A DNA stretch of 64,000 bases from assembly GCF_964204645.1 (NCBI RefSeq), contig NC_134025.1, positions 21,055,101 to 21,119,100 of the forward strand, given 5' to 3'. This DNA comes from Tubulanus polymorphus (Eukaryota; Animalia; Nemertea). The translations under genes were made by a program, and so were the position numbers. Positions 52,042 to 64,000 of this stretch are shown here, piece by piece. How positions within the stretch are numbered: the stretch's first letter is position 1; every line of letters begins with the position of its first letter. Under the pieces are notes generated by a model. The model saw only the letters and a list, made by a program, of their open reading frames with translations. It did not search any database and was not told where the DNA came from.

Positions 52042-55000
52042 CTATCCATGTTTCAAGCAATAACCTTACCAACTAATCTAGCCCCCTTCTATTTTGGGAC
52101 CCTTTTTCATTTCCCGAAACAGAATATAAAATTTTCTTGCAAGAACATTTCATCTATAATTTCATATACTATACGTCGAACAGCTATAAAAAAATATCGA
52201 CCATCGAAAGCTAAAACAGGGAGGGCAAACCCTTACTTGCTACGAAACGCGGGCTAACAAATGCATTACAAACAAATCACCAATAAGATATTGACTATAG
52301 AGTGATAACCCACCGATAGGCTCCCGGACATGTTTAAAGCGGAAACTTGTTAAAAGAAGACATTTCAGGTCCGCTGAAGTTTGCTTTTGATAAACTGACT
52401 CCCACACGTAGAAATGAATGAGGAGCAGCAGCAGAACAATATTACCATTTCGATCATATATTAATAGTTTCCATCCGAAAATAAGATCATTGACACACAA
52501 ACTAAAAGCCAGTTTATCGGGTTATAAATCATCGTAGTATACTTCACTTGTTGAAACAGGATATGAATGTCACACCCACGCATGATATTCTTTTTTTTCT
52601 TCAAAATGAGGTCAAATTAAATTTATTACATCAAGCGCGGCGTTATCGGAGAAGCCCTTTCCCCTTTGTTGCGGAAACAAATATACTAAGTTATCTCGTA
52701 GTAGAATTCAGGAAAATAAGGGCGGGCGGTTGGTCAGTCAAAATTTCATTCCCAGGTAAAATCATCTCTAAGAGTCAAACTAAGCTTTCTAACTGCAAAC
52801 ATGGTTGTCACAATTACATGAATTGAAAAATTCCCAAGTTTTTCCCAGGTATTTCATAAGTGTTTTTTTCAATTTTTCCTAATGGAAAATGGGGCCTTTG
52901 TAAAAACGAACAGAAATTATCATACTGAGAAAGTGCTGAAGGAAGTTCCCCTCGGCAAACGCAATACGCGAAATGTAAATGAATTTCCCAAACATTTCCC
53001 TGATTAGGAGAAAATCTCTTAAATTCCCAAATATTTCCAAACTGGGAATATTATTTCAAAATGAGATTGCTTCGAAGTTGCTGTAAAAAACTGTTACAAT
53101 AATGTTTATATACATTGATACCTAGTATGCGTTATCAAAAGGGAAATTAAGCGTTTATTTTTGTGAATTTGGGCATTCATTTTGTAATCAAATATATTTC
53201 CTAGTTTCATTTTTGATAATTATTTGCTTGAGGATGTGCACGGCATCGGGCAATTCAACTCAATATTCAAATCCAATATTACTTTATTGATATTGTATTC
53301 AATATTATACATGTATCATTTATTTTCGACAATATTCAGCGATATACACGCTATTTTTCAAGGTGCCAATGAACGTTCGAGTTAGTTTTTCTCATTTAAG
53401 CTATGCGCAAAACCTTTCACCAGTTATGGGATGATTAAACTTCCATTCTAATTATTGAACACCGAACAATTAAAACGCCGAAATACAACACACAAATTCG
53501 ATCATAACACTATTAGTCACCCACAGACAAACTTCATAACAAATACCGTTGGAATCAAGCCAGCCAGCCACCGTGGATGATGTGGTTTTCAATGACCGAA
53601 ACTTGAAATGTTTTCATGATTCATACTAAAGTGTAAGCTGTCAACAATCTATGTCAAGCTATGTATTTTGTTTGTATGGCACGGCATTGTACCTATGGTG
53701 ACAATGAGTAATTGATAATTGGCATTACAATTTATCAGTCCACTTCAAATACTTCAAATGTCTTATCTTCAAAACAAACCGAAGATACACACGAATGCCG
53801 CGCAAAAAATTCATCTATTTCATCAAACGAAATAAATGACATTTAAAAAAAACTACAAGATTGGAATGTTTCATCAAACTTCACTTATTGAAATACATCC
53901 TTTCGGAGAAAAAATGCTGTATACTATGTATTTTCTTAATCATATATAACTTGAAGAAACTTGAACGAAACAACTGAACCGGAATGACAAAAACCGCAGA
54001 TATCAACTCAAGGTCGAACGAAGAAATAATCTACAACAACGTCTGCAGGTTGCGTTCCGAGAATTTGAATGTTCCCAACGTGCCAGCCAGATTTCCGGGC
54101 CAGCTGCTTATACGATCGTTTACAGGTGTTCCGATTTTTTTTCCCAACTATCTCTATAATCTATTTATTATTCACGCAATAGATTATCCCCTTAAAATCT
54201 TAATCTTTAAACAACTCCTAAGAGAATTTCGAGAGATAGAGAGCGAGTTGAAGAAACATCTCTCTGTTCCGCGGTGGTGATTATCGTCGCGCGCATATGG
54301 TTACGATAGCTTGCAGGTGCAAAACAGAGCTGCCGTTTTTTTCCCTCGACAGCGCGGGGGAAAAGTTGATCCAGATTTCGATATAAACACCTGCGCACGA
54401 TGATGATTATCGTTATCTTTCAGCCGATGATAACGTCCGTCGCATTCTTTTCGCAAAACTTCGAACCTATCCGCACGTGCAACAAGTAGCCATGAACTTC
54501 CTAAAATAAAGGCATCTCAAGTTCCGTCAAAAATCAAGTTCAGAATGCACCAACAACAAGCGAAAGGAAGCCACATCGTCAACCATTTCGACTCAACTCT
54601 TTAGAGTTCCGAACCTCGACAACTGTGAATTGTAGCCACAAACTGAACTGCCAGCCTATCAATAACCATATCAGGGACAAAAAAGTAAATTTTTTTAGGG
54701 AGATAACTTTAGGGGGACAGTAGAAACTGTTTCAAGAAACAGATTTTCAAAAGCTTAAAAAAAAAAAACTTAAGGGGGGCACTCAGTCACATCACATGGG
54801 ATAAAAAAGTAAATTTTCAGGGTGACAAGGAAAACTGAAGAATGAAAACAACTTTTGAGGGGAACGGTAGAAATTGTTTCAATAGATGGCAATAGATTAT
54901 GAGCGGCATTAAAAAAAAAAGAAGCAGGGGCAGTTAGGCACTTCTAAGAACTGTCACCGACAATCAGGGACAGTTGGCAGCTCGTAGTTCTAAAAATCTG

Positions 55001-55438
55001 TAGTGAAAATTTCCGACCTTCGGTCGTAGACAAAAGTAGCGACGTCCTTAATGGTATATCGATTGTCAAGCAATAAAACTACTGCCCTTGTTCCACGATA
55101 GCGAAATCCTTTTCCGAGAAAAAGAATCAAATGTCAAAAAGATCTACATCTACTGCGCTCTGTAATAGATTTTTACTATTATGTGTGATACGTTTTTCCC
55201 CGATGGACTATTTATAGCTCGCAGCGAACGAGGACAACCACGATACTTCACCGCTGAACATTTATAAGTCATTCTATATAAACTGCACGTGAATAGCAAG
55301 GACAAAATGATTCATAACGCAGTCGTCTGGTTCGCGAAAACGCTATTGTGCCAAACAAGGATTTTTTCTTCAACTAGAGATATTTTTAACTAAGAAAAGG
55401 GGGCAGCAAGTTCGGCAATAGGGGAAACGCTAATTCGC

Positions 55439-55444
<6 letters not shown>

Positions 55445-55528
<84 letters not shown>
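55445..55528. repeat. (TA)n microsatellite
   Basis: Uninterrupted TA dinucleotide run of about 84 bp. Confidence 0.97.
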
Positions 55529-55529
<1 letters not shown>

Positions 55530-55962
55530 TCCTCATTGCTATCGTCGTAAAAAGTAATTTTCGTTTGCGAGTAGCAGCAGCGAAATTTACAACGGTAATA
55601 TTTGTAAAGCTACCGATAATTCCGCCCGGAAGGCAATGGTGACTCATAGGTATAGTAGAGGCGGTTGTTAGATGCGGCTCGAGTTACATTACAAACCACA
55701 GGCAAAATATATAGATATACATATATATATATATATACGTATCTATCTATAATTGTGTCTCTGCCCGATGAACTTCGATTGACATAACGATAAATTAATA
55801 ACAATAAGAGGTTTCCATTCGTCTAGACTTGTGAAAAAAGCATTCGATGTGACGTTGTAAGTTATAAAGCTTGTTTCTACGTCGAGCTGAAAGATTTCGC
55901 GAACGCTGGATTCTTTTTTCTTCAAAAGTCAATGATCAGAATCGGGATACTTCAATCAACCT

Positions 55963-56286
55963 CCAGTGTTTTCCATAACAGGTTTTTTTTCAGAGGGGCG
56001 GTCAGCCATTTCAATTCTACATCCGTCCCTCCTGAGAATCGGCCGTCCCTTATAAAGTATCTTCTGCCCTACCAGAGTGGATATCAACATTCTATCAATG
56101 CTGATATTTGCTTTGAAATATATTGAGCTTTGAAATATATTGAGCTAATGTGAAATGTAGAAGATTTTACACCAAAATTGTTAGCTTAAATGTTCTGAAT
56201 TTTTGGGTGGGGATCGAAAGCCTGGCTACCTCAGCAGCCATGATGTCCTAATGCAGCCCCTTAAAATTCCAGCATACAGAGAACAA
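55963..56286. mobile_element. Dispersed repeat (CAGTGTTTTCC-type MITE); second copy at ~58141-58440
   Basis: Shares the blocks CCCTACCAGAGTGGA, CAATGCTGATA, AGCTAATGTGAAA and CCCCTTAAAA with 58141-58440. A related element lies at ~12132-12429. Confidence 0.6.
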
Positions 56287-59200
56287 TGATCTCCTTGAAC
56301 AGCCACTCAACAATATAGTTTTTGAATTCATAAAGGGAAAATTTTAATGTGTAACTTAAAAGAAATTGTCCAAATTGAAATACACCAAACAGTCGCAACT
56401 AAGACAACATGAATGGGTATACTTTCGACTTAATTAGTTGTCAGAAATCGTACAAAACTGTGAATTAATTCGACAGAAGACGACTGGAGTCTTCGCGGTT
56501 ACTCGAGGGAGACAGAACGTCCAAAACAAACCGATAAAACAAACGGTAATCTGTTTATACAGCTGAGCCACAATAACCAAACTACAGACATTGACTAATT
56601 CTGTTCGCAGATTTGAAACACGCGATGATTTACGGCGCAGTTTCGTGGCAGGTAGTAGTAGACTTCGGGCGCGCGATACGACAGGCAGACAGACTGACTA
56701 TTGGCTGATCGGGAGCAGACAGACGGCTTCGGCGGGGGCGTCAGGAAGCACGTAAAATAAAATTAAAACTTAGAAGCCAGCCGCTGCGTAGGCTAGGCTT
56801 GCAGACGGCAAACGTATCATCGTACAGGTGCCACTCGGCGGACACAGACAAAACCTTATAATCAACGAGGCACCGAGGGCTACGCGAGTTCGACGAAAAG
56901 CTTTACGAGGTGGCGCGTGGAAAAAACCAACTGGGTAAATTTTCTGTTGTCGATCGAACATCATAACGAGGAGATCGAGTCACCTGGCAATTTGCCGCCG
57001 CAATAACCAGTACGCACACCTGTACCGCGAACCCCAGGCCGGGAAAATGCGAAGAACGCCGGGAATTCTCTCACGTTCGGTTCTAGTAACGAATTCCGGG
57101 TTAAATAAAAGACCTGTCGACGTTCGACCAGGAATGCTAACTAGAGGTAATTCGAAAAGATAATATACCCATTTCATCAAAAGTATGCTACATTTTTCGC
57201 GCGCGAAAGCTTCCTACTCAACATAGCGCACGTTCACTCGACAAGTGGTTGTTTCAGCATGACCACAATTCGACCTTGATTTACTTCGATACTCGAACCA
57301 AACATAACCGAACGATGGCGAAATGAACACAAACGTTGCGCCACCACCACTGCTCAGATACTCCAGGAATGTTTACCACGTCACCGCGAAAAAAATGGCC
57401 TAAACTCACTTGCCGGACGACCCAATTTCACACGGCGCAAAGTTATCGAAAAATATATAAGCCAGACACAAAACGCGTAGGCGTCAATGAATTCAACAAC
57501 CAATTCAACCACCTGTTACTGAGCAATCGCGTATCTAGTCAAAAACTTGTTCGGGTTCATGTTTGATGTTAGGTAATACAAATACCGATACAAACACCAC
57601 AGATAACATAGCTCAGCAATAACGAGCCTGAGAATTCGCCCCATTTTGCGAATAAATATCGACGCAAAATCCATTTTTGTTGTATCGAAAATGTTAACGG
57701 GTTGACTGCAAGTATTTCCGCCGTTCAGGGAGCGGGATTCAAACTTGGCAGTTACCATGTACTACGTTACCAAGGATGAATCGCAATCCACAGTCGTTCC
57801 GGACCCGTCACAGTCCCGTGTTCAGCTTTATAGATTTAGCTATTAAGTTTAAAAACTCTGATTTAAACTCCACTTCACGATTTAACTCAAGGATTCAAAT
57901 ACTAGTACCTGACAACTGAAGTCCTGACTGTTAGTTGAGAATGAATTGAAAATCAGCTAAAATTGCCAATGTTTTAACGTAGGAATCAAAACTTTATAGA
58001 ACTAAGAACTTCTACCGGTGATGAGTTTTATAAGGCGCACGTTTGAAAATTAGAATAACTCTCATCTAAACCGAACTCAAACTAAACCTGCAAGAGTGGA
58101 ACTGGACATGGTTGACATCCACAACTGCTTGTACAGTACCAATGTTCTTCGCAACAGGTTTTATAGAAAAGCGGCCACCCCTTTTATTTCTATATCCACC
58201 CTTCTGAATATCAGCCACCCCTAATAGAATATCTGCTGCCCCTACCAGAGTGGACGCCAATATTCTACCAATGCTGATAATTTCTTAGCTAATGTGAAAA
58301 ATAGGAGATTATACCAAAATTGAGCTTAATTGTCTGTATCTTTTTTTTTGGGGGGGGGGGGGGGGTGGATTGAAAGCCTTGCCAAGTCATACAGTTAACA
58401 ATGAATGCATCCCCTTAAAAATCCCAGTATACGGAGGACACCAAGTACCCTTCAGTAGGAAGAACCACCCTTTCTCGACTTTCTCTTATCGGCCTACGAA
58501 CTACGACCTTAGAATGATAATAATAACATTAATATCACGAGGACAAACGCGCACACGGCACTACCACCGCACCGTGGCAGATAGAATGAGTCATCCACTC
58601 TGAAATGATCCGATCAATAAAGGTGTTACGATAAACCTGCTTACAACAACCAACTGACGGCAACCGATCAAAAGAGAATCAGAGAGAGAGAGAGAGCGTT
58701 GACTCATCACCGGGTGAAAAACAGTACTACGTGTTGCTTCGGCATAATATAATTGTATCACTTAAAGGCTGGCGCGCGCGCGCGAGTGGAGCCATAAAAA
58801 TCATGTTACAAATATAAATGCGCGTTAAGTGTATCTGGTTGCGATAAATGAACGAACCTACAAATAAGGTACTAACATCCGTTTATTGTAACAACCTGCA
58901 ACCGAAGCGACGATACTTCCTTGGTTGCCTGATTTTAACATAATCATAATCAACTTCCAATATGTACAACTAGTGAACTTTTCTGATACGCTCACCCGGG
59001 CATCGGACTCTTTGCGCGATATTCTTATCGTCGCGAAATTAAACTAGACAAAGTTAAACTATCAAACGAAGAATATGCCGTCCTGATGCCCAGTTCCATT
59101 AGCTCGGTTGATGATGTCTCGAATTCATAACGTCTACACTCACAGGGATCAAGAAGGGTATGAAACTTTACCGTTAAAGTTGTCCTGCTCGAGTACTGTA

Positions 59201-60521
59201 TATATTCAGTAATCATGTACAACGATTATTATACATATATGTTATGTATACACATTTGAGAAAATATAAATTCATTCAGTCACGCGAGGCACCGTGTTAA
59301 ATTTTTAACACCGTATTTTCTGCTCAATAAGCCCATTTTTTCTAGCCCTAAATTTCTACCCAAAAATATCATGACCGGCTTATTGGACAGATACGATCTG
59401 AACCTAAAAAATCATACCCCAATCTATGTCACTCCAATGTTCCCGGAGACCTCGAAATCGAGAAGAGTGGTCCATATCAATTTGAGGTCATTTTGAGCTT
59501 CCACAACTGTTGATACCCAGGTTCTATGATTTGTCATGTATTTTGACTGTACATATTTCATCTAATTAATGAATCAATTCTATTTGCCAATGTGCGAAGA
59601 CGTCTGCGTTCATTGTTATCCATTCAGTTTCTTTTGAACACGAACCGAATCGATGGCAATTAATTAATCAATTAATCAAATATCCTCGAGAAATTAACGA
59701 CTACCTCGTTATCTAGTATTTCATATCATACAATATTTTACAAATAGGTATCGATTTTAAAGAGTGAAAAACGTAACACCCTCGGCTAGCGTTACGCGAA
59801 ACACGGTCACGAGAACCTCGGATTGATTTGGGTGTGTAATCATATTCATATCAACAGAAAGCGACGAGGGCTTAATAGGGCGAAACCGTCGCCATCTCGT
59901 CACTCGGAAAAAACACCTAGACAAACCCCGGCGACACGGTACTGACACCAACTCGCGCGAGCCGCTATCGACAACAATTTCAGTCCGAATGCCTTCATTG
60001 CGCGTCATAGGAACTTCTCCGGGAACAAAACCAGACAGCAACCAATACTCATTAATCTGTCTTCACTAATATGTATCGACTAGGGGGGATTGATTCGGAG
60101 ATATCAGCGTTACATGTCAACAATTATAGTATTAATAAAACACCAATGTAGAGGGAGAATCTCCCAATAGTGTAGTTCACTAATTTACTCAAGGGAGTCG
60201 TCTTCGAAATGGAAGTAATACGGCTGATGTTTTTATTTCATCATGATATGATTTTCTTTTACTAAATTTGAAGCCTTCTCGTAATCGTTCACATTTTGAA
60301 AACTCCGCTAAAAACCTTTCCGCGGTTGTTTAGAACTGGAAACAATTGTCACCTCAACATGAAACACCCCACCTTATAACCGTGATGTGTGTCCACCAAA
60401 AAACCTCCTGCCTATTTATATAGTTATCTATCTAGATTATAAAAAAGTCCAACAGTAGAAATGAAATTTTGTTTCGTCTTCGTTCAGACCACAACTAACC
60501 AACGCGACATTCCACTGGACG

Positions 60522-61138
60522 ATGGCTACTAGAAGTAAGCCAGTCTCAAAATGAAGACATCCTCATTGTGTATCATTAAGCTCGTTATATCATCGCTCTT
60601 TCCGATAATATCTATTCTAATGATGGATGGACGTCCAACGACTACGAAATATTCTTCAATATTCTTTTGAAGTACACGAATGATGAATTACAACGGGCGG
60701 ACGAGGACGAAAATATACCGCGCAACGCGGACACATTTGATGTAACGGGTATGCTTTATGATTGAAGACCGTGGCACTTCTGTGGCGGCACTTCTTCTCA
60801 ATGGAATATTATATATCTCTTTATGAGTCATCAGCCCCTAGGAAGGAGGCAACAGTCGGGCAGAAAACAATACTTGTTTTTATACAGCCGGTAGCCAGTT
60901 GCCAATAGCTCGTGTCGCCGCGATAATCTATAAATCGGTGTCCTCAGTTGACTTGTGGGCGGTGCCTTTCTTCGTAAGTCAATAAAGAGGTCCTCTAACT
61001 GCCATTAGAATTCCGATACGTCTAACCTAACCGGGAGAGATGGGAAGAAAATTGACTGACACCTGTTAGTCGACAACCAGGCATGAGGCGCTACCGAAGA
61101 TGACTCATCGTCAGTCGGACAGAGCCATCTGCCAATAA
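60522..61138 (+). CDS. Candidate unknown 111-aa spliced gene nested antisense in the eIF5 last intron
   Basis: Putative exons 60522-60534, 60581-60748, 60888-60973 and 61070-61138 join in one open frame through GT-AG introns. TATAAAA lies at 60438. No recognisable homology. Confidence 0.3.
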
Positions 61139-62297
61139 GTGCTAGAACTATAATAACATGACGCTATTGTCATGAATTAAAAACAAGTGGATGATTGCAT
61201 TAAACACAGGGCTAATGAAACCCCCCTCATCAATGTATCCTATTCTATACTAAAGACAGATCTCTAATTCAAAGTATCACAGTAGTAGCAATCTAATCAA
61301 TCCAACTTTTAAAGTCTGACTGAATGACTTTAAAAGCTTTTCTCCTGTCCTGAGCAAATATTCCGAATGAACAAAAATGATTAGTTTTTCTTACAGGGGC
61401 AGAGGAAAGGAAAAACTTTTTAAAAATTAAATTCCAATTATCAACCTGAAATGGCAAAATGCAAGCACTAAAAGCAATAAAAGCACATAATCACCAAGAG
61501 GGGTGTGATCGTCCTAGAAAATTCACATGTAATTTTCTTACAATATGAAAGTTCTGGAATGAATTCTTTGATTATTTTTCAATCTGGGTTTTTCAAAATA
61601 ATTTTGTGAAAACATTGCTAACTAATGTATTCGACTGCACACAAGAATTCAACCTTGAAATACCGCCCCTGATAAACCACCATTCCTGTCAACGCCAGGT
61701 ATGCTCTGAGGAACATCTCCATTTAGTCTTGAAGTCAAAATCATCCCCCGATATAGCCTACTGCCATACTCTCTAAATGGAAAGAATCCTATATCACTGA
61801 CGTACCCGGTAGGTGGTATTGGGGTTGACTGTATATCGCCAGCATTTTACTTAGCACATCATATATCATGAATTTTTAGGAATCCTTTATATTCGATAAC
61901 TCCTGAAACGCCAAAGTCCATAGACTGAAGACCAGAGAAAACTCTCGTCTATGTCAACATGGGATGACATCATAATCTACAGGGTCTTTACCCTGACCAA
62001 GGTCAATGAGAATATAATATAATGAGAATAAGCCTCACGATTTTGACCGAATGTTTAAAACCTTTTCAACGTTTTTCTACCCAAACAGGAAGAGGGAGTA
62101 GCCATGAATAGGTTGCCGCACAAGGCTAGGTGGAGTAACTTCAATCGTACTGGCTAGGGATGTCTATTTGGAGGGAATGCCGACAAAATTCCAACTGATA
62201 TTCTTTGAAGCAGTATTTCGCTTACCGGTAACTTTAAATTAGCCGACATAAACAAATTGAAATCAGACAAAGAGCAAATAATGTAGTATGTGCATAC

Positions 62298-62441
62298 CTC
62301 AACACCATCCTCGGCATCATCATCATCTTCATCCGAGTCGCTGTCTTCTTCCTCTTCAGCTTCTTTCAACCACTTAATAAACGGGGAAGCTTTATCTCGT
62401 ATCTCCTGCGACACAGCCTTTGGCACATAACGCTTGGAAAC
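62298..62441 (-). CDS. EIF5: Eukaryotic translation initiation factor 5, penultimate coding exon (W2 domain end); upstream exons are outside the window
   Basis: VSKRYVPKAVSQEIRDKASPFIKWLKEAEEEEDSD matches the aromatic/acidic box of eIF5. The exon is 144 bp, flanked by AG and GT, phase 0 at both ends. Confidence 0.92.
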
Positions 62442-63099
62442 CTGTAATGTATACGGCAAATCTTGCACATTTCATTGAAAGGAAAGATACATATAGCTTA
62501 GCTAAAGCCAAGATTTATCACAGTACAATACAATTTAAATAATGTTTTCTTTATTTGTATGGAATGGTGTTTCAAAAAACACATGTACATGCACATGTAC
62601 AATATCTAACGCATTGAAGGTATTTAATTTTTCTGAAAAGGAAAAAGCCCAAAAGCGGCGTGATGCTGGCTGCCGTCTAAAAAAAATTGACTTAATGAAA
62701 ATAATACAAGAACCCACTGGGTTGCTATAAACAGCTCGTCGAATATAGAAATCCGTCACTCAAAAACCCATAACCACAGTCAAGTAAAAAACCTTTTCAC
62801 TGTGTTTACTTCGCAGTGTTAACTTCACAGTACGATGTAATTGTTAATTAGTTAAAACCTCTATCAAAAGATGGAGGCACCTGTCAAGAATTGTCAAATA
62901 TAAGTACCGGTAACTAACAATATAATGCACTGCAGGTTAGACGCTTTGCAGTGGTTCATCCATTACTTATATTAATTTTCAAGTTTCCATTTTCACTGGA
63001 AATTTATTGAGGGAATCTGCCAGTAGTGAAAGGGTTAGAGTAATTCCAAAATAAATTTTCCCATTTAGTACCCGGTATATACATAATACTCCAATTAGA

Positions 63100-63840
63100 A
63101 ATGTTATCCTCAGAAAGTATCGGGTATAATCAATAAACCAAAACACCCACAGTCGGTTTTAATGAAAAAAATCTGCGAAAAAATCCGCCGAAAAACTCGG
63201 AAAAATAAATTCACAAGACGTATTCAACCGAACTGCAGTGAGCTGGTTGATTCAGCCCAAATGCCTTCAGTGCACATCATAGGATCGTTTGAAAACCAAT
63301 ACTCATCGTCAACGAAATAATTCTTACTCAACAAGCCGTTATCAAAAAACGCGCGTCAAGATTAGAGTCAAGTTCAGATTTTTCTTTAAGAGGAATCGTC
63401 AGAAGAACTTTCTATCAAAACGAAGAAGTAGTCCAACCCAAAAGCAACAAAGAATCAATTTGGTTTTCAGCCCAAAAATGCCTTCACTGCATATTTTAAG
63501 ATCACAGTTCAACTCATGATTTGAATTATATGAGTTAAGCCAGGTAAATCACAATATCAAATTTGAAACAGTTGGTCTAGAACAACCGGTCTTCTGTATT
63601 TGTAAAGACCAACAACAAAAAATTAAAGTCGCCCTAAAAATGGTTGCACTTTCCCAGGACGGAATCCTCAGAAAGATTCAGAATAATCACTTAACCAAAT
63701 CTTGTCTAACCAAATTATACGGACCTGTTCCAAAAACATCAACAGAAAAACTCTTAATTCAATTTTAGGAACAGATCCAATTCAGCAGCGAAGAATTGAT
63801 TAAATCAGCCCAAATGCCTTCAGTGCACATCATCGGATTC
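63100..63840. repeat. Degenerate ~555-bp direct duplication with a conserved 29-bp core
   Basis: ATCCTCAGAAAG occurs at ~63106 and ~63663. TCAGCCCAAATGCCTTCAGTGCACATCAT is identical at 63252 and 63805, with a variant at 63467. Confidence 0.7.
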
Positions 63841-64000
63841 AAGTGTCTAACCGCTCGTTTTCTTTTTAACGTACAATAGGTTTATTAGTGAAATAAAGCT
63901 AGTGGGGTACTTTTTCAAATATCCGATGGGAACTAAGAAAACTCAAGTCGATTCAAATCGTCTAGCCTTTCAGGACAGACTCACTGGTACCGTCGGAATC

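Noticed and set aside
53984-54280. 98-aa plus-strand ORF in the eIF5 intron
   Set aside because: No motif, and no splice or promoter context I can support. The length is within chance range.
55390-55647. ORF with an IYIYIY run
   Set aside because: It is the translation of the (TA)n microsatellite.
58707-58728. TCACCGGGTGAAAA resembles the 5' end of miR-36-family microRNAs
   Set aside because: There is no complementary arm upstream (the flank is an AG repeat), so no pre-miRNA hairpin forms.
59860-59892. GACGAG...CGAAAC resembling a hammerhead ribozyme core
   Set aside because: The CUGANGA box is broken and stem II (GGGC/GGGC) cannot pair. The region looks like a transposon remnant starting at TTAAAG.

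Overview
AT-rich, intron-rich animal genomic DNA, probably from a marine invertebrate (lineage is an inference). It is not prokaryotic, and most ORF-track entries are noise. Manual splicing recovers six protein-coding genes. In order: an ABRA/STARS (Costars-domain) gene (-); a 12-exon CDK5RAP1/MiaB radical-SAM tRNA methylthiotransferase (-), head-to-head with a 7-exon secretory peroxiredoxin-4 (+); a 16-exon TTLL15-like ATP-grasp gene with a transmembrane anchor and a GC-AG intron (-); an ATF3/JDP2-like bZIP gene (+); and the last two coding exons of eIF5 (-), separated by a 12.4-kb intron. Introns and intergenic DNA hold many non-autonomous transposons: Helentron-type elements with 154-bp arrays, MITEs with 5-bp, 3-bp and TA target-site duplications, and foldback elements. 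The best leads are the probably lumenal TTL-type ligase, a candidate spliced antisense gene nested in the eIF5 intron, and a micro-exon giving PRDX4 an RDEM ER-retrieval-like tail.
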